DNA of 29,905 nt, taken from Thermotogota bacterium (GTDB taxonomy: Bacteria; Bipolaricaulota; Bipolaricaulia; UBA7950; UBA9294). The notes below the pieces were generated by a model. The model did not search any database. It saw nothing but the letters and a program-made list of their open reading frames with translations, and was not told the origin of the DNA. This document shows, in pieces, positions 8,447 through 17,844 of the stretch. Location of the stretch: positions 1 to 29,905 of the forward strand of contig JBDKUT010000134.1 in assembly GCA_039679545.1 (NCBI GenBank), given 5' to 3'. The position numbers and the translations under genes are program-made. How positions within the stretch are numbered: the first letter of the stretch is position 1; every line of letters begins with the position of its first letter.

Positions 8447-9232
8447 CTAGAACAGCTTCAACTCACTCGTCGAGTCTCGTGCGGCCGACAGGGCCGAGCT
8501 GATGCCCGGCGGAAGTAAGGGACCAGTCCCGGTTTCTCGGACGATCGTCGCGAAGTTCCGCCACACGAGCGCGCGGATCTCCTCCCGCGGACACTTCAGT
8601 TGCACGGAGAGCAGGTGCTCGACCCACTCCACGCGACAGGGGATCGCCGCCGGCGGATCGCCCCAGCCGTGATCGCTCTCGACGAGGATCCGCTCCGGCG
8701 GCACGGCGGTACGAAAGGTCGATCGCCTCGCCACCGCCGAGTGAACGGAGAAGTAGCAGCCCATCGCCACGGCTTCGCGAGTCTCGGCCGCATTCCCTGT
8801 CCACCAGTGGAGGATCGGCGCGGCGACCGGCGTCCGCCGCAGCTCGTCGAGCACAAGGCGCGTTGCCGTGAAACTGTGGATGCTGACGATGCGCGGCATC
8901 TTCGCAACCACCTCAAGCGCGTGCCGGAGAGTACGGAGCTGCGTCTCCACCGGCACGCGCGACCAGCGGACGTCGAGACCGATCTCTCCCACGACGGCCG
9001 TCTGCTCAGCGAGCCGGTCGAAGAGATCGGGGTCGAACGCCGCCTGAGCTTCTGCCTTTCGTGGATGACAACCGGCGCCCCACGCGACGAGCAGTTCGCG
9101 TCGACCGACGACGGCGGCGGCCTCGTCGAGCGATAACGTCATCGCCAGAATCGCGCCCGCAGGAGCCAGCTCCTCGGAGGTCCGTGCGGGTCTGATGTGC
9201 GCGTGGGCGTCGAGAGCAATCACGTCCTTCAT
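8447..9232 (-). CDS. tatD: TatD-family metal-dependent DNase
   Basis: DAHAH, GCHP, VGEIGLD, SIHS, LHWWTG and ESD motifs. Confidence 0.88.
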   Translation of the reverse strand: MKDVIALDAHAHIRPARTSEELAPAGAILAMTLSLDEAAAVVGRRELLVAWGAGCHPRKAEAQAAFDPDLFDRLAEQTAVVGEIGLDVRWSRVPVETQLRTLRHALEVVAKMPRIVSIHSFTATRLVLDELRRTPVAAPILHWWTGNAAETREAVAMGCYFSVHSAVARRSTFRTAVPPERILVESDHGWGDPPAAIPCRVEWVEHLLSVQLKCPREEIRALVWRNFATIVRETGTGPLLPPGISSALSAARDSTSELKLF

Positions 9233-9522
9233 GAGCCGCCGCTCGGCGAACGCCGCTCAAGCTCTTCCCACAGGCGCTCACGCTCCGGCTTGGGGATCGT
9301 GTGCCAGCGAACACCGCGGACCGCGCCTTCAAGTGCCGAGAGGCGGCTTCGGCATACGGCATCGACGCTCAGCGCCTTTCGAAGGCGAACGGCAGCCTCG
9401 ACGCTCCCAACCCGCCGCAGATCGACGGCCGTCTCGATTCCTGCGGCGCGAAGTGCTTTCGCGCACTCCGCACCGATGTTGGGCAACGATTCGAGCAAAT
9501 CGTCCGACCCACAAACGGGCAT
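9229..9522 (-). CDS. TfoX/Sxy C-terminal domain protein
   Basis: LPNIG...L.AAGIET..DL..VGSVEA...L.ALEGAVRGVRWH; stop overlaps the TatD start. Confidence 0.88.
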   Translation of the reverse strand: MPVCGSDDLLESLPNIGAECAKALRAAGIETAVDLRRVGSVEAAVRLRKALSVDAVCRSRLSALEGAVRGVRWHTIPKPERERLWEELERRSPSGGS

Positions 9523-9608
9523 TCATCTCACCTCGCGAGGGAGCGTAGCACGAAGGCGGCTCGGAGCCGAGCCCCTCACAATCCCCCCGACTCGAAGCCG
9601 AGCGACCG

Positions 9609-10523
9609 CTACAGGAACCGTCGCATCGCCTCGACGACGTCGTCCTCACGATCGAGGAAGCAGTAGTGGCTCGCGCCGCGCATCTCGACGATCTGGATGT
9701 TCCTGATGTCTCGGCGTGCCCGCGCGATGCAGCGCCCCCTGTGCTCGCGGTCGAAACGTTCGGTGTACGCGCGTACTGCTTCGCAGAGCTCGGGGGACGC
9801 GTCGTCGGGCAGCGGCCACGCCGCATCCTGGAACGCATAGATCGCGAGCACCGGGCAGGAGATCTTCTGCCAGTCCGCACGGTAGTAGAACTCGGCCATG
9901 CCAAGTTGCTCCGCGGCCTTCGGCCCGAGACGCTCGCGGAACCGCCCGTCTGCAGTCCGCTCGAGCGTGTGAGCCATGAGCGCATCCCACTTTGGGGAGC
10001 GAAGCCGTCGGTACTGGGCGTACCGCGTGGTGAAGTCTTCGGAATACGCCTCGACCGAGTCAAAGGTCTCGGGAGGCGCACCGCGGACGATGAGAGGGTT
10101 CGCCCCGTAGAGTTCGATGTCGCTCTTCTCGTACTCGTAGAGCGCGTCGAGGAAGACAAGTTTCTCGACCCGGTGGGGATGAGCGATCGCGAGCTCGATC
10201 ATCTCGGCCCCGGCATACGAATGTCCGACAACCGAAGCGCGCTCGACCTGAAGCGCTTCGAGGAACGCCACGATGTCCTTCGCCAACGTCGGAACGTCGT
10301 AGCCCGTTTCCGGCTGCTCCGATTCGCCGTGGGCACGTCGAGTCAGGCCGAGCACGCGAAACCGGTCGTTGAGCCGCCTCGCGACGGAATCAAAGAAGTG
10401 TGGAGTGTTCCCAAAACCCGCGAGAAAGACGAGAGCGGAGCCCTTGCCTCCCCAATCGAGATGGTGAAGACGCACGCCGTTGGCTTCCACAAACGCGCTC
10501 TTCACACGTTCACCCTGTGCCAT
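9609..10523 (-). CDS. Alpha/beta fold hydrolase
   Basis: LHHLDWGG, GHSYAG nucleophile elbow and C-terminal His (ASHY); GGAGG SD. Confidence 0.92.
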   Translation of the reverse strand: MAQGERVKSAFVEANGVRLHHLDWGGKGSALVFLAGFGNTPHFFDSVARRLNDRFRVLGLTRRAHGESEQPETGYDVPTLAKDIVAFLEALQVERASVVGHSYAGAEMIELAIAHPHRVEKLVFLDALYEYEKSDIELYGANPLIVRGAPPETFDSVEAYSEDFTTRYAQYRRLRSPKWDALMAHTLERTADGRFRERLGPKAAEQLGMAEFYYRADWQKISCPVLAIYAFQDAAWPLPDDASPELCEAVRAYTERFDREHRGRCIARARRDIRNIQIVEMRGASHYCFLDREDDVVEAMRRFL

Positions 10524-10667
10524 CGCCGTCCTCCTAGTCCGGTTCGGATACAGCTAGCTGTGTGCCGCGGCGCCGCTGTACCTTGCGAGCCGTCTGCGGA
10601 GGGTACAGCTGGGATCGCCGCAGAAAGAGGGCACCGCGTAGGACGTGCCCAGCTTCCTCGAACTCAC

Positions 10668-11597
10668 TCAGAAGAACTTCCGCCGGAGGAAGAAAATCAC
10701 GGTCAGCCCGGCGAGCAGGGCAGCGAACCCCATCACGATGAGAAACGCATGGGGAGAGTTCGCAAACGGCAGCGGCACGTTCATCCCGTAGATGCTGACG
10801 ACGAGCGTCGGAAGCATCAGGATAATCGTGACCAGAGTCAGGAACTTCATCACCGCGTTGACGTTGTTCGAGATGATCGAGGCAAACGCGTCCATCATTC
10901 CGGTCAGGATGTTCCCGTAGATGTCCGCGAGGTCGCGGGCCTGACCGAACTCGACTCGCACGTCCTCGAGCAGATCGATTTCCTCTTCGGTGAGATTCCG
11001 CCCGGCGAGGCGGCGAACCCGATCCCACATCGGCTCATTGGCCCGCAGCGACGTTGTGAAATACACCAGGCACTTCTGGAGGTTCTGCACTCGGATTAGG
11101 GTTTGATTCGTCATGGAGCCCTGAATCGCACCCTCGGCCTCGTCCGACTCGTGGCGGATGCTGTTGAGGAATCCGAGGTACTGCCGGGCAATGTGGAGGA
11201 AGAGCGTGCACAGGAACTTGACGGTATCGGTCGTGGGTGGAATCCGGGTCCGCCCCGACAGAAGCTCACTCCACAGTGCCGTGTCCTCGGCGCACACGGT
11301 GAGGATCCTCGTGGGTGTCAGGATCACCGCAAAGGCCAACGTCACGTACGGCGGGTCCGACGACGGGTCGCGATGAGGCACACGGAGGATGAGAAGCTTG
11401 CAGTCTTCCTCTACCTCGAAGCGCGGACGCTCGTCGCGGTCGGTGGCCGCGGTGAGGAAGTCCATCGGCACGCAGGCGGTTTCCGCAAGAACTGACAATT
11501 CGACCGAGGTGGGGTTGACGACTCGGACGATCTCCGCCTCATCGAAGCTCTCGGCGGGTACGAGTCGCCCGTTCTCGTTTCGGGTGTACTGAAGCAT
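10668..11597 (-). CDS. corA: CorA-family Mg2+/Co2+ transporter
   Basis: ISNNVNAVMKFLT...PTLVVSIYGMNVPLP signature and two C-terminal TM helices. Confidence 0.95.
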   Translation of the reverse strand: MLQYTRNENGRLVPAESFDEAEIVRVVNPTSVELSVLAETACVPMDFLTAATDRDERPRFEVEEDCKLLILRVPHRDPSSDPPYVTLAFAVILTPTRILTVCAEDTALWSELLSGRTRIPPTTDTVKFLCTLFLHIARQYLGFLNSIRHESDEAEGAIQGSMTNQTLIRVQNLQKCLVYFTTSLRANEPMWDRVRRLAGRNLTEEEIDLLEDVRVEFGQARDLADIYGNILTGMMDAFASIISNNVNAVMKFLTLVTIILMLPTLVVSIYGMNVPLPFANSPHAFLIVMGFAALLAGLTVIFFLRRKFF

Positions 11598-11669
11598 GGG
11601 ACCGCCCTGTTCTCGTGGGTTCTTGCCGTCCGGGGCATCATATGCCCGGGCTTCCGACGCGTCAACGCA

Positions 11670-12161
11670 TCAGCCGCCCGCCGCGTGCGACGTCTGTCCC
11701 GCCGCGCCGAGACCCCTGTCGCGGCGGACGTGCGCGACGAACGCCGACCATACCGCGTCCGGCTCCCAGACCTGCCGGATGAACGCGTCGCCGCGCACGG
11801 CCGACCACCCTTCCCGCGACTCCTTGTAGAGAGCGACAAAACAGGACACCCGCTTGTTTGCGGCGCAGTGAACGAACGTCTTCCGCCCGGCCAGGCGGTC
11901 CATCAGGGTGGCGAACTCCAGGAGCTGGTCCTCGCGAGGGTTGCCGAACACGACCGGAATGTGGTGGTACTCCATGCCAAGCGAGGCGGCAAGCCCGGCC
12001 TCGTCGCCGAGGCAGTACGCCGGGTCAAGGAGACCGAGGTTCACGACGACGGCGCAGCCGTCTCCCGCGAGTCGTCGCAGCTGCTCCGTTGTCGGCTGTC
12101 CGCCCGTTGCGAGCGTCTCCGACACTCGAACGTAGTCGCGGATTCCTTCTACGTCGTCCAC
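11670..12161 (-). CDS. Cys-based phosphatase-like protein (PTP / DUF442 type)
   Basis: GTG start after AAGGAGG; LATGGQP, GMEYHHIPV and HCAANKR (CX5R). Confidence 0.85.
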   Translation of the reverse strand: MDDVEGIRDYVRVSETLATGGQPTTEQLRRLAGDGCAVVVNLGLLDPAYCLGDEAGLAASLGMEYHHIPVVFGNPREDQLLEFATLMDRLAGRKTFVHCAANKRVSCFVALYKESREGWSAVRGDAFIRQVWEPDAVWSAFVAHVRRDRGLGAAGQTSHAAGG

Positions 12162-12186
12162 CGTGCCTCCTTTCGTCGACGGCAAA

Positions 12187-13353
12187 CTACGACAGGAGAG
12201 CGCGCTGCGCCGCGGCGACCCCGGCGCCCGCGTCGAACCGATATCCCGCCCGCCGAAGCCCGGCTTCGATGGCTCCCACGGTGGCGAGCACATCGGCGGG
12301 GCGAACGGCACCCATGTGCCCGATGCGGAACGTGCGGTCCTTGATCGCGGGGTGAAGCCCGCCGGCGATGATCGCTCCCGCATTCTTGACGTCTTCGAGG
12401 AACGACGCGACGCTGACCCCCTCGGGCGCGTAGCACGCTGTCAACGTGTGAGCCCGGTACGGCGGCTTCGCCGGGACCTGCGTCAGCTTGACGGCGTCCA
12501 TACCTGTCTGGAATGCCTTGGCAAGAAGCGCGTGCCGGACGAACCGTGCTGGCATCCCCTCCGCGAGGATCTGGCCGAGGCTCACATCGAGCGCGGCCAC
12601 CAGGTTGACCGCGGGGGTCCCGAAGTAGCTCGGCGTCCGGTTCTCGTACGCCTTCATCACCGGCAGCCATTTCGACCAGTCGGCGTAGTAGGAGCCGACG
12701 GGGCGCCGACGAGCATGGAACGCCTCGAGCGCCCTTGGGCTCGCCACGAGAAGGGCGAGGCCCGGAGGAACGCCGATCGCCTTCTGCGAAGCCGTCAGCA
12801 CGACGTCGAGCCTCCACTCCTCCTGTCGGATCTCCTCTCCCGCGACCGAGCAAACCCCATCGACCACCGTGAGCGCTCCGTACTTGCGGCCGAGCTCACC
12901 GAGCCGGGTTACGTCCATCCGTACGCCGGTCGACGTATCGACGTGTGTAACGGTAACGAGCTTGTACCCGCCGCGTGCAAGCTCCTGCTCAATCGCTGGC
13001 ATCGCCACAACCTCGCCGACCGGCGCTCGCAGAACAGTGACCGTGGCGCCGTGGCGACCGAGGAGATCCTCGAATCGGTCGCCGAACACGCCGGTGCTGA
13101 CCACGAGGGCGCGATCTCCCGGCTCGACGAGGTTCGCCCCCGCCAACTCCATCGCCAACGTGCCCGACCCGGCCACGACGAACGGCTGCCCGGACGGGCA
13201 TTGCCACACATCGCGCATCCGCTCGAGCGCCCGCCCGAACGCGTCCACGAAGTCAGGGGCAACGTGGCTTGTCGTCGGAGCACCCAGGGCTTGCAGAACC
13301 TCCGGCTCGAACTCGATCGGGCCGGGGATCATGAGCAGCGTCCGTCCCTTCAC
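12187..13353 (-). CDS. Class V PLP aminotransferase, alanine-glyoxylate / serine-pyruvate type
   Basis: LLMIPGP, GSGTLAME, HVDTSTGV, VDGVCS, TASQKAIGVPPGL (PLP Lys) and FRIGHMG. Confidence 0.93.
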   Translation of the reverse strand: MKGRTLLMIPGPIEFEPEVLQALGAPTTSHVAPDFVDAFGRALERMRDVWQCPSGQPFVVAGSGTLAMELAGANLVEPGDRALVVSTGVFGDRFEDLLGRHGATVTVLRAPVGEVVAMPAIEQELARGGYKLVTVTHVDTSTGVRMDVTRLGELGRKYGALTVVDGVCSVAGEEIRQEEWRLDVVLTASQKAIGVPPGLALLVASPRALEAFHARRRPVGSYYADWSKWLPVMKAYENRTPSYFGTPAVNLVAALDVSLGQILAEGMPARFVRHALLAKAFQTGMDAVKLTQVPAKPPYRAHTLTACYAPEGVSVASFLEDVKNAGAIIAGGLHPAIKDRTFRIGHMGAVRPADVLATVGAIEAGLRRAGYRFDAGAGVAAAQRALLS

Positions 13354-14276
13354 GATTGCATCCCTCTTTCGTCTTCCTGTGTGAGGCCGGCATGTTCGAG
13401 AATCGTCGAGAGCTCAACAACCTCACGTTGCGTCAGCGCGACGAGCGGACCGCGGACCGGTCCACCGTACCGCCCGAGGAGATCCATCGCCGCTTTCAGG
13501 CCCGCGACGCCCCAGCGGCTCGTGACCGCTGCGTTCACCGGGATCATCCGCAGCTGAGTGTCCCGCGCGACGTCGACGTGTCCGGAGACGAAGGCTTCGT
13601 AGATCGCCAGGCATTCGGCGGGCGCGATGTTCGCGAGTGCCACGACGCCGCCCACGGCGCCGGCCGCGAGCGCCGGAAGCAGGAACCCGGCCGACCCCGC
13701 GAACAGGCGGAACTTCGGTCCGAGCGCCGCGCGGATTGCTCCAAGCTTCGTGACGTCTCCGCCCGAGTCCTTCATTCCGGCCACGCCCGGATGGGTCGCC
13801 AACGCAACGATCGTCTCGACATCGAGGTCGATCCCCGTACACGCCGGCATGTTGTAGATGAGGACCGGTATGCCCGCAGCATCGGCCACACTCGAGTAGT
13901 AACGCACGAGCGCTTCGCGGGTCATTCGCCCGCGGTAGTACGACGGCGGGAGGACGAGGGCCGCGTCGGCGCCGATCTTCGCGGCGTCCCGCGTCAGTTC
14001 GATCGTCTCTCGGGTCGATGGGCACCCAGTCCCCGCAATCATCCACCGGTCGGCGGGGATGTCCTCGCGCGCTGCGCGCAGCACGTCGAGCCGCTCGCGA
14101 GGCGAGAGCAAGACGCCCTCTCCGTTCGACCCCAGAACAACGTACCCCGCCAACGCGTAGCGATTCCAGGTCTGGAGGTTGCGGCGCAAGCGATCACGGG
14201 CGAACGTGTCCCGCTCGTCAAACGGCGTCGCAATCGGCGGCAGGATCCCGTGCAGTCCTACGAGGTCTCGCGGCAT
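13350..14276 (-). CDS. DapA-family aldolase, probably 4-hydroxy-2-oxoglutarate aldolase
   Basis: GSNGE instead of the DHDPS GTTGE; YYRGRMT; LIYNMP; GMKDSGGD Schiff-base Lys. Confidence 0.85.
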   Translation of the reverse strand: MPRDLVGLHGILPPIATPFDERDTFARDRLRRNLQTWNRYALAGYVVLGSNGEGVLLSPRERLDVLRAAREDIPADRWMIAGTGCPSTRETIELTRDAAKIGADAALVLPPSYYRGRMTREALVRYYSSVADAAGIPVLIYNMPACTGIDLDVETIVALATHPGVAGMKDSGGDVTKLGAIRAALGPKFRLFAGSAGFLLPALAAGAVGGVVALANIAPAECLAIYEAFVSGHVDVARDTQLRMIPVNAAVTSRWGVAGLKAAMDLLGRYGGPVRGPLVALTQREVVELSTILEHAGLTQEDERGMQS

Positions 14277-14350
14277 GCCCTCTCCTTATCCTGGCTTCGA
14301 CGCTTACGTCAAGCATCGATCGGCCGGCCGCTTGGTGCAAGTCTGCTCTC

Positions 14351-15835
14351 TCAAGGTCGACCATCCGCCGGACTCGGTGTCTCCGCGAGGGGGGAATCGA
14401 CACGGGACAGGACTCGCAGGCAGGCCGCGACGACGTCCGGGTCATACAGCTCGCCTGCGTGCAGGGTGATCTCGTCTCGGGCCGCTCGCGGGCATCGGGC
14501 GGGGCGGTACGGGCGGTGCGACACCATGGCCTCAACCACATCGGCGATCGAGAGGATCCGCGCATCGAGCAGGATCTCCGACCCTCGGAGGTGGTGGGGG
14601 TAACCCGACCCGTCCAACCGTTCGTGATGCTGGATAACAATCTCCGCAATCGGCCACGGAAACTCACTCGCGCTCAGGATCCCGTACCCGACCGCGGGGT
14701 GCGCCTCGAGAAGCGCTCTCTCGGGCTCTGTGAGTTTCGCCGGCTTGTTCAGGATTTCGGCAGGCACAGACACCTTGCCGATGTCGTGGATCAGCCCCGC
14801 ATAGCGGATTCCACGGACCCTGTCCGGATCGAACGCCATCTCCTCCGCAACGGCGCTCGCCAACCGAGAGACTCGCTCCTGATGGATGGCCGTGTACGGA
14901 TCACGCGCCACCGTGACCCCATCAAGCGCTCGGACCGTGCCCTCAAACGTCTTCAGCAGCCGTTCTGCGGCGAGGAGTTGCTCCGTGACGTCCCTTGCCG
15001 CTCCGATGAGATCCCCCGCGCCGGTCTGCGTGGGGAAGAGCGACGCGCGAAGAACGCGCAGCCGCCCTCCTGCGTCCCGTACGCGCAATTCCACTGGGGG
15101 GCCCCCGGTGCGCTGCCGAGTGAACCCTTCCCAGATCGCGGCGCGATCCTCCAGGGCGACAAACTGCTCGAACCCGTCTCCCAATACCGCTGAGGAGGGG
15201 ACCCCGAGAACCCGCTCGATCGCCGGGCTGACGTACGTGATCCGGCCGTCTCCGGTAGCGGTGTAGACGATCTCATCGACGTTCTCAAGGAGCTGTCGGT
15301 ACCTGTCTTCCCCACTTTGGATCGCCTCCCGTTGGCCCACAATCTCGAGCCCCACGGAGAGGTGGGACGCAGCGTACTCGACGGCCGCTCGCTCCGGGTC
15401 GGCGAAAGCGTCCGGCTCGTTCGATTCGACGAGCAGCACTCCCCACGATTCCGTGCGCCATGGGAAGGTCACTGCAATCACGGATTCCGTTGTCGCATCT
15501 GCGCCGTCCGTCCTGGCAATCGTCGTCTCCACGACGTAGGGGTTCTCGCCGCCCAGGGCGAGCGACGTCGCCGTCTTGCGGCGCGAGAGGTCGACGACCC
15601 CTCGGCCGTCCCGGGCAGGCGATTCGATCAGCAGCAGGATGTGCCTCGGGTCTCCATCAACCCAGTGGCCGACGGCCGCCCGCGAGTAGCCAGCTGCTGT
15701 CATCGCCTCGCAGAACGACGCGATGATCTCAGACTGGCTGCGACACGACAGGAAACCCAGTCCGAACCGCGCGACGGCGTCGAGGGCCATCGAGACGCCC
15801 GGGAACGCCGGGTTCATCAACTCCCGCAGCACCAT
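14351..15835 (-). CDS. GAF-like/PAS/HD-GYP cyclic-dinucleotide phosphodiesterase
   Basis: PAS (RYRQLLEN...ITYVSPA) and HD-GYP motifs RDPYT..HQERV, HDIGK, HHERLDGSGYP, HRPYR. Start codon uncertain. Confidence 0.9.
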   Translation of the reverse strand: MVLRELMNPAFPGVSMALDAVARFGLGFLSCRSQSEIIASFCEAMTAAGYSRAAVGHWVDGDPRHILLLIESPARDGRGVVDLSRRKTATSLALGGENPYVVETTIARTDGADATTESVIAVTFPWRTESWGVLLVESNEPDAFADPERAAVEYAASHLSVGLEIVGQREAIQSGEDRYRQLLENVDEIVYTATGDGRITYVSPAIERVLGVPSSAVLGDGFEQFVALEDRAAIWEGFTRQRTGGPPVELRVRDAGGRLRVLRASLFPTQTGAGDLIGAARDVTEQLLAAERLLKTFEGTVRALDGVTVARDPYTAIHQERVSRLASAVAEEMAFDPDRVRGIRYAGLIHDIGKVSVPAEILNKPAKLTEPERALLEAHPAVGYGILSASEFPWPIAEIVIQHHERLDGSGYPHHLRGSEILLDARILSIADVVEAMVSHRPYRPARCPRAARDEITLHAGELYDPDVVAACLRVLSRVDSPLAETPSPADGRP

Positions 15836-16071
15836 CCGCCACGCTCCCTGCGGACCGGCAACCGGCGAACGGCCGCCCCTCAAGCCGCCGTTCCTCTCCT
15901 TCGCTCGGCGGGCAGGCCTTCCCGCCGAGAGCGCCAAGCCCACTTCCCCATTGTGCCTTGTTCACCAGATTCTAGCCTATCTCAGGAGGTAAAGCGCATT
16001 ACGCACAGACCTGACTTCATTCCGGAGAAGCCTCAGGAGTCCCCGGCCCAAAGCTTCCCCGGTAACCATCG

Positions 16072-16099
16072 CTTTGTAGGGCAAGCCAGCCCTACAAAG
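16072..16099. repeat. Perfect 11-bp-stem palindrome, REP-like (contains GTAG)
   Basis: CTTTGTAGGGC-aagcca-GCCCTACAAAG. Confidence 0.6.
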
Positions 16100-16127
16100 G
16101 GAAGGGTCCGCGCTGTACGCGGACCCT
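16096..16127 (-). terminator. Candidate intrinsic terminator after the small basic gene
   Basis: 10-bp stem AGGGTCCGCG/CGCGGACCCT (16103-16127) followed on the minus strand by TCCCTTT, a weak U-tract. Confidence 0.45.
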
Positions 16128-16181
16128 CGTTTCACGCGTCTTCATCTCAGTCGGCGCTCGCGCGCCGACCGCCCATTACTC

Positions 16182-16286
16182 TCAGGTCTTCTCCGCCTTC
16201 TTGGCTTTCTTCGCAGCACGCTTCTCCTTCAGCGTCTTCTGCGGAGCCTTCTTCGCAGTCTTCTTCACATCCTGCGACTTCGCCAT
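16182..16286 (-). CDS. 34-aa lysine-rich small protein (absent from the ORF track)
   Basis: MAKSQDVKKTAKKAPQKTLKEKRAAKKAKKAEKT*; strong GGAGGAGG SD; AAG-biased codons; downstream hairpins. Confidence 0.8.
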   Translation of the reverse strand: MAKSQDVKKTAKKAPQKTLKEKRAAKKAKKAEKT

Positions 16287-16439
16287 TCTAGGCCTCCTCC
16301 AATCAGGTGATGTACCTGAGTCCCCTCAAGCACCCGCGACAGAATAGCACTCTACAGGTGCGGAGTTCAAATCGACCCTACGCGTGCATTCCGTCACAAG
16401 CCGGTCCCTATCGGAAGAATCCCCTGAGGTCGCTCTCAC

Positions 16440-17264
16440 TCAAAAACTCTGCCCGCTCTTGATGATGAACCCGCCGGACTTCTCGTCCCGCTCCAGGTCG
16501 AGGATCCCCTGCGCGCCGGCTTCCTCGAGCAGCTGCCCGAACGAGCTAAACCCGTAGTACGACTCGGCGAATCCGGGCTTCCGGCGCTTCAGCGCCTGTT
16601 TGATCATCGACCCCCAGATCTCCCCCTCACCGCGCTCCTCCACCAGGGCTTCGTACGTTTCGACAACGAGACCCCACGCCTCGCGCTTCTTGTCTTCGAT
16701 CGACGGAGGAGCCTTCTTCGTCGTCCGGGTTCCCTCGGCTTTCTTCGCGGGAGGGCGCCGCGTCTTCGCCTCGGCGCGCTGCCGGCGCACGAGATCGTCG
16801 TAGAAAATGAACTCGTCGCAGTTCGCAACCAGGAGGTCGGCCGACGAGTTCTTAACGCCTACACCAATCACGGTCTTGTTGTTTTCGCGAAGCTTGCTGA
16901 CGAGCGGCGAGAAATCCGAATCCCCGCTGATCAGGACGAACGTGTCGACGTGCGCCTTCGTGTAGCAGAGGTCCAGAGCGTCGACCACCATGCGGATGTC
17001 GGCCGAGTTCTTCCCCGAGATGCGAACGTGGGGAATCTCAATCAGCTCGAACGAGGCCTCGTGCAGGGGACCCTTGAACTCCTTGTACCGCGCCCAGTCG
17101 CAGTACGCCTTCTTGACGACGATGTTCCCCTTGAGGAGAAGCCGCTCGAGCACCTTCTCAACGTCGAACTCCGGGTAGTTCGCGTCTCGGACCCCGAGCG
17201 CGACGTTCTCGAAGTCGAGGAACACCGCCATATTGATCGCTTCGACCGCATGTGCCGTTGTCAT
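16440..17264 (-). CDS. NYN (LabA/DUF88) domain protein with C-terminal OST-HTH/LOTUS domain
   Basis: FLDFENV, GKNSADIRMVVDA and SGDSDF; C-terminal PGF.ESYYGFSSFGQLL. Confidence 0.93.
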   Translation of the reverse strand: MTTAHAVEAINMAVFLDFENVALGVRDANYPEFDVEKVLERLLLKGNIVVKKAYCDWARYKEFKGPLHEASFELIEIPHVRISGKNSADIRMVVDALDLCYTKAHVDTFVLISGDSDFSPLVSKLRENNKTVIGVGVKNSSADLLVANCDEFIFYDDLVRRQRAEAKTRRPPAKKAEGTRTTKKAPPSIEDKKREAWGLVVETYEALVEERGEGEIWGSMIKQALKRRKPGFAESYYGFSSFGQLLEEAGAQGILDLERDEKSGGFIIKSGQSF

Positions 17265-17335
17265 ACCCCACCCCGTCTTTTCAACCCCTACTTGCCCGTC
17301 TTGTCAGGACCCGCGAACCGAAAGAGCCCCTTTGC

Positions 17336-17803
17336 CTACACCAGCGCCGCCAGCGTGTCGACCGCATTCGTGATGCGGCGATCGAGGCTCTTCGCCACCC
17401 AATTCACGACGGCGCCGCCGCGCACAACGGCTCCCTTGGCCTCGCACAGCGCCCTCATCCGGCGAACGGCGCGGTTCGCGCCGAGCCACGGAAACGGAAA
17501 CCCTCCTGTGACGAGACACAGCACGCCCTTCTTCTCCAAAGACACAATCTGCTCGAGCGCTTTGCTTGTCACCGGCGACAACGAGAACGCCTCAACCGGT
17601 GAGCCGACGACGAGAAGGTCGTACGGCGTGGGATTCGGCAGCGGCGCAAGTTGGAACTGCCGATCGCCTTTCTTGCGCTCTCCAACCAGCTTGATCGGCT
17701 CAATCGTCACGGTGTGTCCCGCCGCCCGGAGCTTCTCCCCCAGCTTCGTGGCAACCGAGAGCGTGTTCCCCGTCTGCGAATAGACGACGATCCCCACCTT
17801 CAT
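17336..17803 (-). CDS. Flavodoxin-family protein
   Basis: IVVYSQTGNT FMN loop and YDLLVVGSPV; GGAGG SD. Confidence 0.88.
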   Translation of the reverse strand: MKVGIVVYSQTGNTLSVATKLGEKLRAAGHTVTIEPIKLVGERKKGDRQFQLAPLPNPTPYDLLVVGSPVEAFSLSPVTSKALEQIVSLEKKGVLCLVTGGFPFPWLGANRAVRRMRALCEAKGAVVRGGAVVNWVAKSLDRRITNAVDTLAALV

Positions 17804-17844
17804 GCTCTACCTCCCTCTCTGCCGGAACATCGCCGTACGCTACT

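Noticed and set aside
13350..14276. dapA (lysine biosynthesis)
   Set aside because: Lacks GTTGE, has HOGA-like motifs and no dap/lys gene context.
9666..15193. Long plus-strand ORFs (477, 464, 415 and 391 aa)
   Set aside because: Antisense shadows of well-supported minus-strand genes, expected at high GC; no motifs.
15836..15965. c-di-GMP riboswitch in the HD-GYP leader
   Set aside because: Only a 9-bp hairpin (15904-15929); no class I or II consensus recognised.
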